Below are positions 10,553-19,550 of a stretch of DNA of 64,000 bases, in pieces; within the stretch, counting starts at the first letter, position 1, and each line of letters begins with the position of its first letter. The stretch spans positions 248,001-312,000 of the forward strand of contig NZ_BAABFP010000005.1 in NCBI RefSeq assembly GCF_039541115.1. Reading direction: 5' to 3'. The translations under genes were made by a program, and so were the position numbers. The notes under the pieces are model-generated. The model was given only the letters and a program-made list of their open reading frames with translations. It was not told the origin of the DNA and searched no databases. Source of the stretch: Angustibacter luteus. GTDB taxonomy: Bacteria; Actinomycetota; Actinomycetes; Actinomycetales; Angustibacteraceae.

Positions 10553-11253
10553 GCGAGGAGAGCGGCAGGGTCAAGGCCCGCGAGGCGAACGAGACGGTCC
10601 GCTACGCGATGTGGTCCGTGTTCGCCGTCCGGGACGGTCTGGGCGACGGGGACCGCGAGAAGCTGGTCGCCGAGGTCGAGCAGGCGCTCGCCGACCTGGC
10701 GGGTGAGGACCTGACGGTGCGCGGCTGGTACGACGTCGCCGGCCTGCGCGCCGACGCCGACCTGATGGTCTGGTGGCACGCACCGACCGTGGAGACCGTG
10801 CAGGCCGCCTACCAGCGGCTCCGCCAGACCGGTCTCGGCCGGCACCTGGCACCGGTCTGGTCGAACGTCGCGCTGCACCGTCCGGCCGAGTTCAACAAGA
10901 GCCACATCCCGGCGTTCATGGCCGGTGAGCCGGCCCGCGGCTACATCTGCGTGTACCCGTTCGTCCGTTCCTACGAGTGGTACCTGCTGCCCGACGAGGA
11001 GCGGCGTCGCATGCTCATGGAGCACGGCCTCGCCGCTCGCGGGTACCCGGACGTGCGGGCCAACACGGTGTCGTCGTTCGCGCTGGGGGACTACGAGTGG
11101 GTGCTGGCGTTCGAGTGCGACGAGCTGCACCGGATCGTCGACCTGATGCGTGACCTGCGGGCTACGGACGCGCGGCGGCACGTCCGCGAGGAGGTCCCCT
11201 TCTACACGGGGCCCCGCGTCGAGCTCGCCGACCTGGTCACCCGCCTCCCCTGA
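10549..11253 (+). CDS. hemQ: Coproheme decarboxylase (ChdC/HemQ)
   Basis: [22 protein letters not shown] and SFALGDYEW motifs. ATGA overlap with hemY. Confidence 0.95.
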   Translation: MSEESGRVKAREANETVRYAMWSVFAVRDGLGDGDREKLVAEVEQALADLAGEDLTVRGWYDVAGLRADADLMVWWHAPTVETVQAAYQRLRQTGLGRHLAPVWSNVALHRPAEFNKSHIPAFMAGEPARGYICVYPFVRSYEWYLLPDEERRRMLMEHGLAARGYPDVRANTVSSFALGDYEWVLAFECDELHRIVDLMRDLRATDARRHVREEVPFYTGPRVELADLVTRLP

Positions 11254-11263
11254 CCCCCCGCAC

Positions 11264-11369
11264 ACCCACGCTTCCGCCACCCAGTCCGGTTTCCGCCACT
11301 CAAGCCGGTGGCGGCGGGTGCAAAACCGGTCTGGGTGGCGGAAAGCGGCTTGGTGGCGGAAGCGTGGGT
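11264..11369. repeat. Nested inverted-repeat (REP/MITE-like) element between convergent hemQ and msrB; probable bidirectional terminator
   Basis: Perfect 18-bp IR 11264-11281 / 11352-11369, plus a 21-bp IR with one mismatch 11272-11292 / 11323-11343. Confidence 0.8.
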
Positions 11370-11788
11370 CAGGCCTTGGGCTGCAGGGTCAGGCTGATGG
11401 AGTTGATGCAGTACCGCTGGTCGGTCGGCGTGTCGTAGCCCTCGCCCTCGAAGACGTGGCCCAGGTGCGAGCCGCACGTCCCGCAGCGCACCTCGACCCG
11501 CTTCATGCCGAGCGTGACGTCCTCGATGTACTCGACGCGGTCCTGCGCCAGCGGGCTGTAGAACGACGGCCATCCGCAGTGCGAGCTGAACTTGTGGTCG
11601 CTGCGGAACAGCTCGGCCCCGCAGGCCCGACAGGCGTAGACGCCCTCGGTCGTGGTGTCGGTGTACTCGCCGACGAACGGCGCCTCGGTGCCCGCCTCGC
11701 GGAGCACGTGGAACTCCTTGGCGCTGAGCTGCTCGCGCCAGGCGGCGTCGTCCTTGGTGATCTCGTAGCTGCGGCCGGTGGGCTGCAT
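11369..11788 (-). CDS. msrB: Peptide methionine (R)-sulfoxide reductase
   Basis: GTE.PF.GEY, CRAC, GWPSF, HLGHVF and RYCINS motifs. GAAAGGA RBS before ATG 11788. Confidence 0.97.
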   Translation of the reverse strand: MQPTGRSYEITKDDAAWREQLSAKEFHVLREAGTEAPFVGEYTDTTTEGVYACRACGAELFRSDHKFSSHCGWPSFYSPLAQDRVEYIEDVTLGMKRVEVRCGTCGSHLGHVFEGEGYDTPTDQRYCINSISLTLQPKA

Positions 11789-11823
11789 CGCACGTCCTTT
11801 CCAGGGAAGTCTCACGCCCACAT

Positions 11824-11857
11824 AACACCGAGCCGGCCGGGGAACGTTCCCCGGCCG
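11824..11857 (-). promoter_or_regulatory. SigR/SigH-type promoter of msrB whose -35 lies within a perfect 24-bp palindrome
   Basis: Minus strand GGAAC(11850-11846)-N19-GTT(11826-11824). Palindrome CGGCCGGGGAACGTTCCCCGGCCG at 11834-11857. Confidence 0.6.
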
Positions 11858-11896
11858 ACCGGTGATGAGCGCGACGTCACAGCCGCGTAAGAACTG

Positions 11897-14269
11897 CTAG
11901 CGGACGTCGAGCCGCACGACCTGCGGGTCGTGGTCGCTGTCCTGGTCGAAGAACTCCGAGTTGGTGTGCACGGCGTCGTACTCGTACAGCTTCGTGCTGC
12001 CGTCCTTGGCCAGCGAACCGCTGATCAGGATGTGGTCGAGCACCTGGCTGTTGCCGTCGAAGACGTACGTGTAGCGCTCCTTCTTCGGCAGAGTCCGCGG
12101 CAGGTCGACCAACGGGTTGATGCCACCCACCAGCAGGTCCGCCGTCTGCGAGAACTCGAAGTCGTTGATGTCACCGAGCACGATGATCTTCGCCGACGAG
12201 TTCGCCTGCTGCAGGTTCGCGACGAACTGGTGCACGAGCTGCGCCTGCTGGTGGCGCTGCACCTCGCTGGACCGCACCGGCGGCTGGTAGCGGCCGAACA
12301 CCGCGTTGTCGCCACCCTTGGAGTTCAGGTGGTTGGCGATCACGAACAGGGGCTGCCCGTTCCACTTGAACTGTCCGACCAGCGGCTTGCGGCTGGCGTT
12401 CCAGGCGGTGTTCGCGGGGTCGATGCGGCCAGGGCTGACGGACAGGTGGGTCTTGGCGCCGACCCCCTCGACCGTCACCGGGGTGGTGGACGTCCCGCCG
12501 TCGCGCTGCACGAAACCGAGGCCGCGGTCAGTGCGGTAGAGGAAGACCTGCCGGATGTTGCCACCCGGCTGCCCGCCGTCCGCGCCGTCGACCGGGTCGA
12601 TCGACTGCGACTTGTACTTCGGTCCGCCGGCGGCGCGGATCGCCGCGACCAGCTTGCTCACCGTGAGGTCGCTGGCGACGGTGCCGTCGTTGGTGGCGCC
12701 GCTGTTGTCCTGGATCTCCTCGACGGCCAGCAGGTCGGGGGAGCGCAGGTTCGTGACGATCTGAGCGGCCAACCGGTCGAACTTCGTCTGTGGGTCGGCC
12801 GGGGCGAGGTTCTCCACGTTGAACGTGGCCACCGCCAGCTGGTCCGCGGACGGCGCGTCGGTGACCTCGCGCTGCAGGCCCAGCCGCTTGACGGTCGGCG
12901 CTGCGGTGAGGTTCAGGTGGAAGTTCGAGAAGTCGTAGTCGAGGACGCCGACCGCCTGGTCCTTGATCTTGTCGCCCACGTTCATCGCGGTGACCGATCC
13001 GGCGGGCAGCAGCTGGTCGTCCATGATCAGCCGGGCGCCGTTGGGGTGGTCGTAGCCGGAGTACACGACGCCGCCGCGCGCGCTGCGGATCACATCAGGG
13101 CTGCCGCCGGGGATGATCGGCGTCTCGCCGAACCCGGTGTTCGTCGGGCCGACCGCGACCGGCTTGGCCACCGCGACCCGCATGCCTTCCAGCGACTCGT
13201 CGAAGTCCATGGCGTCCGTGGTCGGCGAGAACGGCACGCCGGCCGCCTGGACGTCGCCCGGAGCGCCGCTCTTGATCGTCTGGGCCGGCGCGACCCGGTC
13301 GACGCCCAGCACGACGGGCGCGGGCAGCGAGTTGCCCGACGAGGCCACGGCGACCGTCGGTCGGGTCAGCTCGGTCGTGCTCAGACCGCCGGCGCCCGGG
13401 AAGAACTCGGTGACGGTGGCGTCGACGCTGACGGCGTCGCCGACCGCGACGGCCGGCGCGCTGCTGGTGAACACGTACACGCCGTCGCTGGTCGCGTCGT
13501 CCGCGTCCGGGGTCGTCGACTGGAACCAGAAGCCCCGGGGTCCCTTGGCGGTCACGACGCCCTGGACGTCGGTCACCAGCTGGTCCTTGAGCGGCGAGGT
13601 GTGCGTCGCGCCCTGGATCTGCTCGATCGTGGCGGGCTGACCCGTGGGAGGCGCGGCCGTGCAGGCGGGCGTCGCGGTCGCCGAGTTCTCGGGGGCCGGT
13701 GGCGCGGTGGCGAAGTCGGCCGCGTTGTTGTCCGTGTCCGTGCAGGGCGCGTTGCGCACGACCGCGGTGGTGTTGGACGGCGCCGGGGCAGGTCCGCTGC
13801 CCTCGAAGGTGGTCGCGGTGGTGCCGAAGCCGACCCGGTCGACGAGCTGCTGGACGTCGTTGAAGACGTCGATGCGCCCGGCGGTGCCGCTGATCAGCGC
13901 CGCGCCGACGGCGTCCGGGGTGGGCAGGTCGGCCGTGCCGCCGGCCCCGGCGGCCATCTGCACCAGGTAGCTGTGGCCGGCGGCGATGGTGCCGCTCAGG
14001 GTCGTGAGGCTCGCGGCGGGTCCGGTGCTGGTGGCCGGGAAGTACCCGATGGTCCAGCCGGTGACGTCCACCGGGCTCGTCGAGCCGTTGAACAGCTGGA
14101 CGAAGTCGTTCTTGTACGTGGCGCCGGCGTTGCCGCCACCCCCGTACACCTGGCTGATCACGACGGACGACGACACCGCGTTCGCGGGGGCCGACGCGAC
14201 GACGGCGGTGGCGCCGACGACGAGCAGGACGGCGGAGCCGGCGACGAGCCGGCGGGGAGTTCGTGGCAT
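11897..14269 (-). CDS. Secreted extracellular nuclease (lamin-tail domain + OB fold + endonuclease/exonuclease/phosphatase domain; ExeM/NucH-like)
   Basis: Signal peptide; VVISQVYGGGGN (LTD), IEQIQG (OB), TFNVENL, NHLNSK, GDIND, LDHIL and SDHDP (EEP). Confidence 0.9.
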   Translation of the reverse strand: MPRTPRRLVAGSAVLLVVGATAVVASAPANAVSSSVVISQVYGGGGNAGATYKNDFVQLFNGSTSPVDVTGWTIGYFPATSTGPAASLTTLSGTIAAGHSYLVQMAAGAGGTADLPTPDAVGAALISGTAGRIDVFNDVQQLVDRVGFGTTATTFEGSGPAPAPSNTTAVVRNAPCTDTDNNAADFATAPPAPENSATATPACTAAPPTGQPATIEQIQGATHTSPLKDQLVTDVQGVVTAKGPRGFWFQSTTPDADDATSDGVYVFTSSAPAVAVGDAVSVDATVTEFFPGAGGLSTTELTRPTVAVASSGNSLPAPVVLGVDRVAPAQTIKSGAPGDVQAAGVPFSPTTDAMDFDESLEGMRVAVAKPVAVGPTNTGFGETPIIPGGSPDVIRSARGGVVYSGYDHPNGARLIMDDQLLPAGSVTAMNVGDKIKDQAVGVLDYDFSNFHLNLTAAPTVKRLGLQREVTDAPSADQLAVATFNVENLAPADPQTKFDRLAAQIVTNLRSPDLLAVEEIQDNSGATNDGTVASDLTVSKLVAAIRAAGGPKYKSQSIDPVDGADGGQPGGNIRQVFLYRTDRGLGFVQRDGGTSTTPVTVEGVGAKTHLSVSPGRIDPANTAWNASRKPLVGQFKWNGQPLFVIANHLNSKGGDNAVFGRYQPPVRSSEVQRHQQAQLVHQFVANLQQANSSAKIIVLGDINDFEFSQTADLLVGGINPLVDLPRTLPKKERYTYVFDGNSQVLDHILISGSLAKDGSTKLYEYDAVHTNSEFFDQDSDHDPQVVRLDVR

Positions 14270-14414
14270 GCGGGCGCTCCTGACAGAAGGGACGAATGGT
14301 TTCTACCAGGAGGTTTCGCCGGACAACAGGGGCATCCGGGCCACAAGCAGACGAAATGTCGGTGGCGAACCGGTGGGATCTGCCGAGCGCGCTGCCCGCC
14401 GGGGCGGTCGAGGG

Positions 14415-16322
14415 TCAGGGGTAGCTGACCACGAAGCTCGCCGTGCCGGTGGCGCCAGTGGGGACGCCGGTGTCGTTGACGACGTGGTCGAGCGTGCCGG
14501 CCCCGAGCTGCACCGTCAGCAGGTCGTGCAGTCGCACCCCCGGTCGGTCGGGGACCTCGAACCCGTGGCTGGCGTGGATCGTCGGGTCGACGTTCGTGTA
14601 GACGTAGCTCCCGCCACCCCACAGCTCGTGGGTGCGTACCGAGCCGGCCACCTTGTAGCCCGCGTAACCCAGCACACCGTCGTGCTGCCAGGCCGCCTGG
14701 TTCGGGGCGTCGTACGGCAGCTCGTTCTGGAAGAACACGGTACGCCCGCGCTCACCGTTCCAGACGACGTTGTCCTTCTGGTAGTGCTCGACGAACAGCC
14801 CGGTGGCGGTCACGTCGTCACCGTTCACGACCAGGCCGTGGTCGGCCGTGTTGACCGTCCAGCCGACGCCCTGCCCGTGGTCGGCGCGCCACGACCAGAT
14901 GTCGTCGAGCAGGACGTGGTCGCTGTTCACCTCGAGCGCGACCACGGCCTTCCCGGCGTGCGGGCCACCGACCCGGAAGAACACGTCCTGGACGCCGGTC
15001 GGGTCCGCTGCGCTGCTGCTGCCGGGCCGGCCGCGCTGTCCGGGCTGACTGCCGTGCCCGTGCCGGGTGCCGACGCGCATCAGCGCGGGGGAGCGCACCG
15101 GACCGGCGTCGATCATCAGCCCCGCGACGTCGACGCCCTTGACGTCGCCGACGACCAGCGGCACGGCACCGCGGGCCGCGGTGAGCGTCGCCATCCCCAG
15201 ACCCAGCACGACGGTGTCGGCCCGCTTGACCTCGATGCTGCGGTCGACGTCGTACACCCCCGGGGTGAGGAGCAGGTTCTTGCCGCGGGCGAGCTGGGCG
15301 TTGATGGTGCGCACCGAGTCGGAGGGGCGCGCCACGAAGAAGTCGGACAGCGGGAGGGAACGTCCGGCGGTGGGCCCGTTCTCCCAGGTCGTGCCGGACG
15401 AGTCCCGTCGCGGGGCCGGCACCAGCACCCGGTAGCGGCCGGCGGGGTCGAGGTACAGGAACGGCTTCTCCCGGCTGGCCGGGGTGGTGGCCAGGGTCGT
15501 GTAGGTCGGGTCCGGGAAGGACTGCGCCGGGGCACCCTGCACACCGGCGAAGACCTGGTTCCACACGCCGTTCGACCAGCTGCCGATCCTGCTGTCGCGG
15601 ACCAGGAACTGCTGCTGGGAGCCGTTGATCACGTCCCCGGTGCGGGAGTCGGAGATGAAGCCACCGCTTGCGTACTGCGGCCCCGCGGTGCAGTAGTCCA
15701 TCAGCGTCAAGGTGCCTCCGGTGATGTTCACCCGGCGCATCGGAGCCGCCTGCGAGACGGCCCAGAACTCGCCCGAGGCGCGGCAGTCGGTGCCGCCGGC
15801 CACGTTGATCGTGAGGTTGGAGACGGAGCGCCAGAAGTTGTCGAGCGCGATGCAGTTGTCGGCGGTGAGGCACCGGTTGTACACGTCCACGTGACCGTTG
15901 ATGACGACGTCCGTCGGCGAGGCGCCCAGCCCGGCGACCTCGGTGTAGTAGCCGACCTGGAAGACCAGCGGGTGATCCACCGAGCCGTACGTGCCGGGCT
16001 TGAACAGCAACGTGTACCGTCCGGTCCCCATCTCGTCGTCGATCTGCTGTGCCGCAACGGCATCCACGGTTGCCTGGACCTCGGCGAGTGGCATGGACGG
16101 GTCGAGCACCGTGACGTTCGGGCCGAGGTCGGGCGGGCTGGGCTGGTGGTGCCCCGGGTGCGCGCCCGCCGCGCCGGACGTTGCCGCCGCCGGCGCGCTC
16201 ACGCCGAGGAGCGCGATGCCGACCACGGTCGCCAGGACGACGAGCAGCGACGCGGGTCGCGGACGCCGCCGCCGCGCGGCGGTGGGTGGGAGCGCTCTCG
16301 CATCGGTGTGCTGACGAGACAT
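14415..16322 (-). CDS. Secreted GH55-type exo-beta-1,3-glucanase (laminarinase)
   Basis: PDLGPNV, LFKPGTY, NFWRS, WAVSQAAP.RR, SGGFISDS, REKPFLY, WRADHG, GLFVEHYQ and FFQNE motifs as in actinobacterial GH55. N-terminal signal peptide. Confidence 0.82.
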   Translation of the reverse strand: MSRQHTDARALPPTAARRRRPRPASLLVVLATVVGIALLGVSAPAAATSGAAGAHPGHHQPSPPDLGPNVTVLDPSMPLAEVQATVDAVAAQQIDDEMGTGRYTLLFKPGTYGSVDHPLVFQVGYYTEVAGLGASPTDVVINGHVDVYNRCLTADNCIALDNFWRSVSNLTINVAGGTDCRASGEFWAVSQAAPMRRVNITGGTLTLMDYCTAGPQYASGGFISDSRTGDVINGSQQQFLVRDSRIGSWSNGVWNQVFAGVQGAPAQSFPDPTYTTLATTPASREKPFLYLDPAGRYRVLVPAPRRDSSGTTWENGPTAGRSLPLSDFFVARPSDSVRTINAQLARGKNLLLTPGVYDVDRSIEVKRADTVVLGLGMATLTAARGAVPLVVGDVKGVDVAGLMIDAGPVRSPALMRVGTRHGHGSQPGQRGRPGSSSAADPTGVQDVFFRVGGPHAGKAVVALEVNSDHVLLDDIWSWRADHGQGVGWTVNTADHGLVVNGDDVTATGLFVEHYQKDNVVWNGERGRTVFFQNELPYDAPNQAAWQHDGVLGYAGYKVAGSVRTHELWGGGSYVYTNVDPTIHASHGFEVPDRPGVRLHDLLTVQLGAGTLDHVVNDTGVPTGATGTASFVVSYP

Positions 16323-16446
16323 CAGGTTCCTGCCCTTCGGGGAGGCCGCGACCGGCGTTCGGGACACTAGCCCCGGAAAAGGGTCTGGTCCAGACATGTG
16401 TCGCATCCTGGTCATACCACCGATTCGGTGCGGCGCTGCGGGCGCA

Positions 16447-16468
16447 TGTCGCCGGGACCGCGTACGTT
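16447..16468 (+). promoter_or_regulatory. Candidate PafBC/RecA-NDp-type promoter of Prim-PolC
   Basis: TGTCGC-N10-TACGTT, one mismatch to TGTCGG-N10-TAnnnT. Confidence 0.45.
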
Positions 16469-16476
16469 CTGGAGCC

Positions 16477-17517
16477 ATGGCGGCTGCAGCAGAGACGGTG
16501 GAGGTCGACGGGCCGGACGGCGTCCGCGCGGTGCGCCTGTCCAGCCCGGACCGGTTGGTCTGGCCGCAGGTCGGCATCACCAAGCGCGAGCTCGCCGACT
16601 ACGTGGTCGCGGTCGGTCCGGCGCTGCTGCGCCACATCGGCGACCGACCGGTCACGCTGCAGCGGTTCCGCGGCGGCATCGACGGCGAGATGTTCTACTC
16701 CAAGAACCCGCCGAAGGGCGTGCCGTCGTGGGTGCGGGCCGTGCCCGTGACCTACCCGAGCGGGCGCAGCCACGACCAGCTCGTGATCGACGAGCCGGCG
16801 GGGGCGGTGTGGGCGGTGCAGATGAGCACCGTCACGTTCCACCCGTGGCCCGTGCGGACGACGGACCTGGACCAGCCGGACGAGCTGCGCATCGACCTCG
16901 ATCCGCAGCCCGGCCGCACCTTCGCCGACGTCGTGCGAGCCGCGCAACTGCTCCGCACGCTGTTGGACGAGCTCGGCCTGACCGGCTGGGTCAAGACGTC
17001 CGGCAACCGCGGCCTGCACGTGTTCTCCAGGATCACCCCGGACCGCGAGTTCCTGGACGTCCGGCACGCCGTGATCGGGATCGGCCGCGAGCTGGTCCGG
17101 CGGGACCCCGACCTGCTCACCATGGAGTGGTGGAAGGAGCAGCGCGGCGAGCGGATCTTCGTCGACTTCAACCAGTCGAACCGGGACCGGACGATCGCGT
17201 CGGCGTACAGCCCGCGGCCCCTGCCGCACGCGCCGGTGTCGACCCCGCTGCGCTGGGACGAGCTGGACGACGTCGACCCCACGGCGCTGACGGTCCGGAC
17301 CGTGCCGGCGCGGCTGGCCGAGGTCGGTGACGCCTGGGCGGGCATCGACGAGGCGGTGGGCTCGCTGGACGCCGCCGCCGACCTGTGGCGGGCCGACGTG
17401 GAGGAGCGCGGGCTGGGCGAGCTGAACTTCCCGCCCGACTACCCCAAGATGCCGGGCGAGCCGCCGCGGGTGCAGCCCAGCCGCAAGAACGAGGCGAACT
17501 GGACGGACGACGCGTGA
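16477..17517 (+). CDS. Stand-alone LigD-polymerase-family primase-polymerase (Prim-PolC-like)
   Basis: LSSPDR, FYSKNPP, ELRIDLDP, KTSGNRGLH, IFVDFNQ and SAYSPR motifs, plus C-terminal PPDYPKMPGEPPRVQPS. Confidence 0.88.
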   Translation: MAAAAETVEVDGPDGVRAVRLSSPDRLVWPQVGITKRELADYVVAVGPALLRHIGDRPVTLQRFRGGIDGEMFYSKNPPKGVPSWVRAVPVTYPSGRSHDQLVIDEPAGAVWAVQMSTVTFHPWPVRTTDLDQPDELRIDLDPQPGRTFADVVRAAQLLRTLLDELGLTGWVKTSGNRGLHVFSRITPDREFLDVRHAVIGIGRELVRRDPDLLTMEWWKEQRGERIFVDFNQSNRDRTIASAYSPRPLPHAPVSTPLRWDELDDVDPTALTVRTVPARLAEVGDAWAGIDEAVGSLDAAADLWRADVEERGLGELNFPPDYPKMPGEPPRVQPSRKNEANWTDDA

Positions 17518-18113
17518 GCGCGATCGATCCCGGCCGGCTCGACCCGCGGGTCGGTGCCTACATCGAGCCGCTTCCGCGGTGGCAGCAGGACATCTGCCGC
17601 AGGGTGCGCGAGCTGGCCCTGGCCGCCGACCCGGAGGTCATCGAGACGGTCAAGCGGCGGGTGCAGCCCTACTACGTGCTCGACGGCAACGTGTGCGCCC
17701 TGCTCGCCGCCCGGGGCTGGGTGAACGTGTTCATCTACAACGGGGCGCTGGTGGACGACCCGACCGGGCTGATCACCGGGGGCCGGCGGAACGTGTCGGG
17801 CCGGACGATCGCCGTCCACGAGGGCGACGTCCTGGACGAGCCGGCGCTCACCGCGATCCTGCGGCAGGTGATCGCCAACAACCGCGCCGGTCGCAAGGTC
17901 CGCCCGACGGGCGGCGCGCGCCGCGAGGTCGCCGTCTCGGCTCAGCTCGCCACCGACCTGGCCGAGGCGGGGCTCGCCGAGGCGTTCGACGAGCGTCCCT
18001 ACTACCAGCGCCACTACTGGGTCGAGTCGATCACCTCGGCCAAGCGGGTCGAGACGCGGCAGCGCCGGCTCGACGTGATGCTCGAGCACCTGCGCACCGG
18101 TTCGGCGCCGTAG
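17514..18113 (+). CDS. DUF1801 + OmdA/YdeI domain protein
   Basis: N-terminal DUF1801-like region (RVRELALAADPEV.ET.K...PYY) and C-terminal I.SAKR.ETRQRRL. GTGA overlap with Prim-PolC. Confidence 0.75.
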   Translation: MSAIDPGRLDPRVGAYIEPLPRWQQDICRRVRELALAADPEVIETVKRRVQPYYVLDGNVCALLAARGWVNVFIYNGALVDDPTGLITGGRRNVSGRTIAVHEGDVLDEPALTAILRQVIANNRAGRKVRPTGGARREVAVSAQLATDLAEAGLAEAFDERPYYQRHYWVESITSAKRVETRQRRLDVMLEHLRTGSAP

Positions 18114-18974
18114 TCAGCCCATCCTCAGCAGGCGAGCGGGGGTGTCGTGCAGCACGGACTGCAGGAACGGCTCGCCCAGCCGCTCGTCCGCCGCGGCCCA
18201 CGACTCGATCGCGGCCAGCTGCTCGGCGTACGGGTAGGGGATGTTGGGGAAGTCCGAGCCGAGCGCGACCCGGTCGGACACGTCGACCAGCCGGCTCGCC
18301 CAGTCCGTCGGCAGCGGCGCCATCCGCTGGCTGAACGCCGTCCCGACCATCGTGGTGTCCAGGTGCAGCAACGGGTGCGCGGCCATCAGGTCGAGGGCGC
18401 CGGCGAAGTCCGGCATGCCGGCGTGCGCGAGCACCGCCACCAGCCGCGGGTGCGCGGCCAGCACCTCGGCGAACACCGCGAGCCCGGTGAACCGGCCCGG
18501 GATCGGGCCGTCCCCGCAGTGCACCACCACGGGGACGCCGGCCTCTGCGAGCAGCCCCCACGCGGGCGCGAGCAGCGGGTCCCGCGGGTCGAAGCCACCG
18601 ACCTGCACGTGCACCTTCGCGCAGCGCGCTCCCGCGTCCAGCGCCGCGGCGAGGTACGTCGAGACCGACGGCTCCGGGTAGATCGTCGCCGTCGGCACGG
18701 CGCCCGGCGTGCGCTTCCCGAAGTCCACCGCCCACTCGGTCAGCCACTGCGCCATGCCCGGGCGGTGCGCGTAGACCAGGGGAGCGAACCCGGTGACGCC
18801 CTGCTCGGCCAGCCACGCGAGCCGCTCGGACTCGGTGCCCTTGTAGTGCACGGGCCAGGCCGTCCCGTAGTGCTGCTCGGCCCCGTCGAAGTAGGCCCAG
18901 ACCTTGCGCAGCACCTGGTCCGGCATGAAGTGGACGTGCAGGTCGACCAGCCCGCCCGTCGGCTGGAAGCTCAC
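18114..18974 (-). CDS. Amidohydrolase_2 family metal-dependent hydrolase
   Basis: DLHVH, KVHVQVG, VVHCG, AHAGMP and LGSDFPNIPY motifs. Confidence 0.85.
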   Translation of the reverse strand: MSFQPTGGLVDLHVHFMPDQVLRKVWAYFDGAEQHYGTAWPVHYKGTESERLAWLAEQGVTGFAPLVYAHRPGMAQWLTEWAVDFGKRTPGAVPTATIYPEPSVSTYLAAALDAGARCAKVHVQVGGFDPRDPLLAPAWGLLAEAGVPVVVHCGDGPIPGRFTGLAVFAEVLAAHPRLVAVLAHAGMPDFAGALDLMAAHPLLHLDTTMVGTAFSQRMAPLPTDWASRLVDVSDRVALGSDFPNIPYPYAEQLAAIESWAAADERLGEPFLQSVLHDTPARLLRMG

Positions 18975-19456
18975 CCCAGGAAGGTGGTGCCCGCGTAGAC
19001 GTGCAGCACGGGCACACCCAGCTCGTCGCGAGCGCGGCTGGCCCAGTCGCGGTGGAACGTGTCCTCCATCGCGTGCGGTCGGGTCACCACGACGACCTCG
19101 CGGGCCCCGAGCGTGTCGATGGTCTGCTGCACCGCCGGCAGCGGGTCGTCGGCGGTGACCTCGCCGTCCGCCTCGACCCCGGTGCCGCGAAGCGCGGTCA
19201 GGGACACCTCGAGGGCGTCGGACGCCGACGTGCGGGCCTGGTCGTCACTGGGCTCACGGCCGCGGACGGCGTCCAGGGCCTTGCGCAGCTCGAGCATGCT
19301 CAGGTGGTCGATGACGTCGACCAGCAGGTTGCGCTCGGTGTCCGCGGGGACGAGCACGTGGTAGCGCAGCTCCTCCCCGTCGTGCAGCGCGACGATGCGC
19401 TGGGCGTCGCCGTCGCCGAGCGCCTGCTCGGAGAGGATCACGATGAGGTCGGCCAC
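18971..19456 (-). CDS. Conserved actinobacterial hypothetical protein, universal-stress-protein-like fold
   Basis: EVVVVT.PH..EDTFH.DWASRAR..LGVPVLH motif; GTGA coupling to the amidohydrolase. Confidence 0.7.
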   Translation of the reverse strand: MADLIVILSEQALGDGDAQRIVALHDGEELRYHVLVPADTERNLLVDVIDHLSMLELRKALDAVRGREPSDDQARTSASDALEVSLTALRGTGVEADGEVTADDPLPAVQQTIDTLGAREVVVVTRPHAMEDTFHRDWASRARDELGVPVLHVYAGTTFLG

Positions 19457-19522
19457 GGCTGGCTCCTGGTCTGCGAGCGGTCACGAACGGTCGGGACGAT
19501 CCTGGCACGTCCGGCTTCCGGC

Positions 19523-19544
19523 TGTCGGTGGGGTCGGCTTGAAT
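19523..19544 (+). promoter_or_regulatory. Candidate PafBC/RecA-NDp-type leaderless promoter of ligC
   Basis: TGTCGGtg-N8-TTGAAT, 6 nt before ATG 19551 (imperfect -10). Confidence 0.45.
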
Positions 19545-19550
19545 GGCCGG

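Noticed and set aside
11930..17229. Very long antisense or alternate-frame ORFs (e.g. 11930-14428, 13986-16370, 14818-17229; likewise 23946-26510, 26993-29413, 44784-47504)
   Set aside because: Shadow ORFs of high-GC coding regions; they overlap well-supported genes and have no recognisable motifs.
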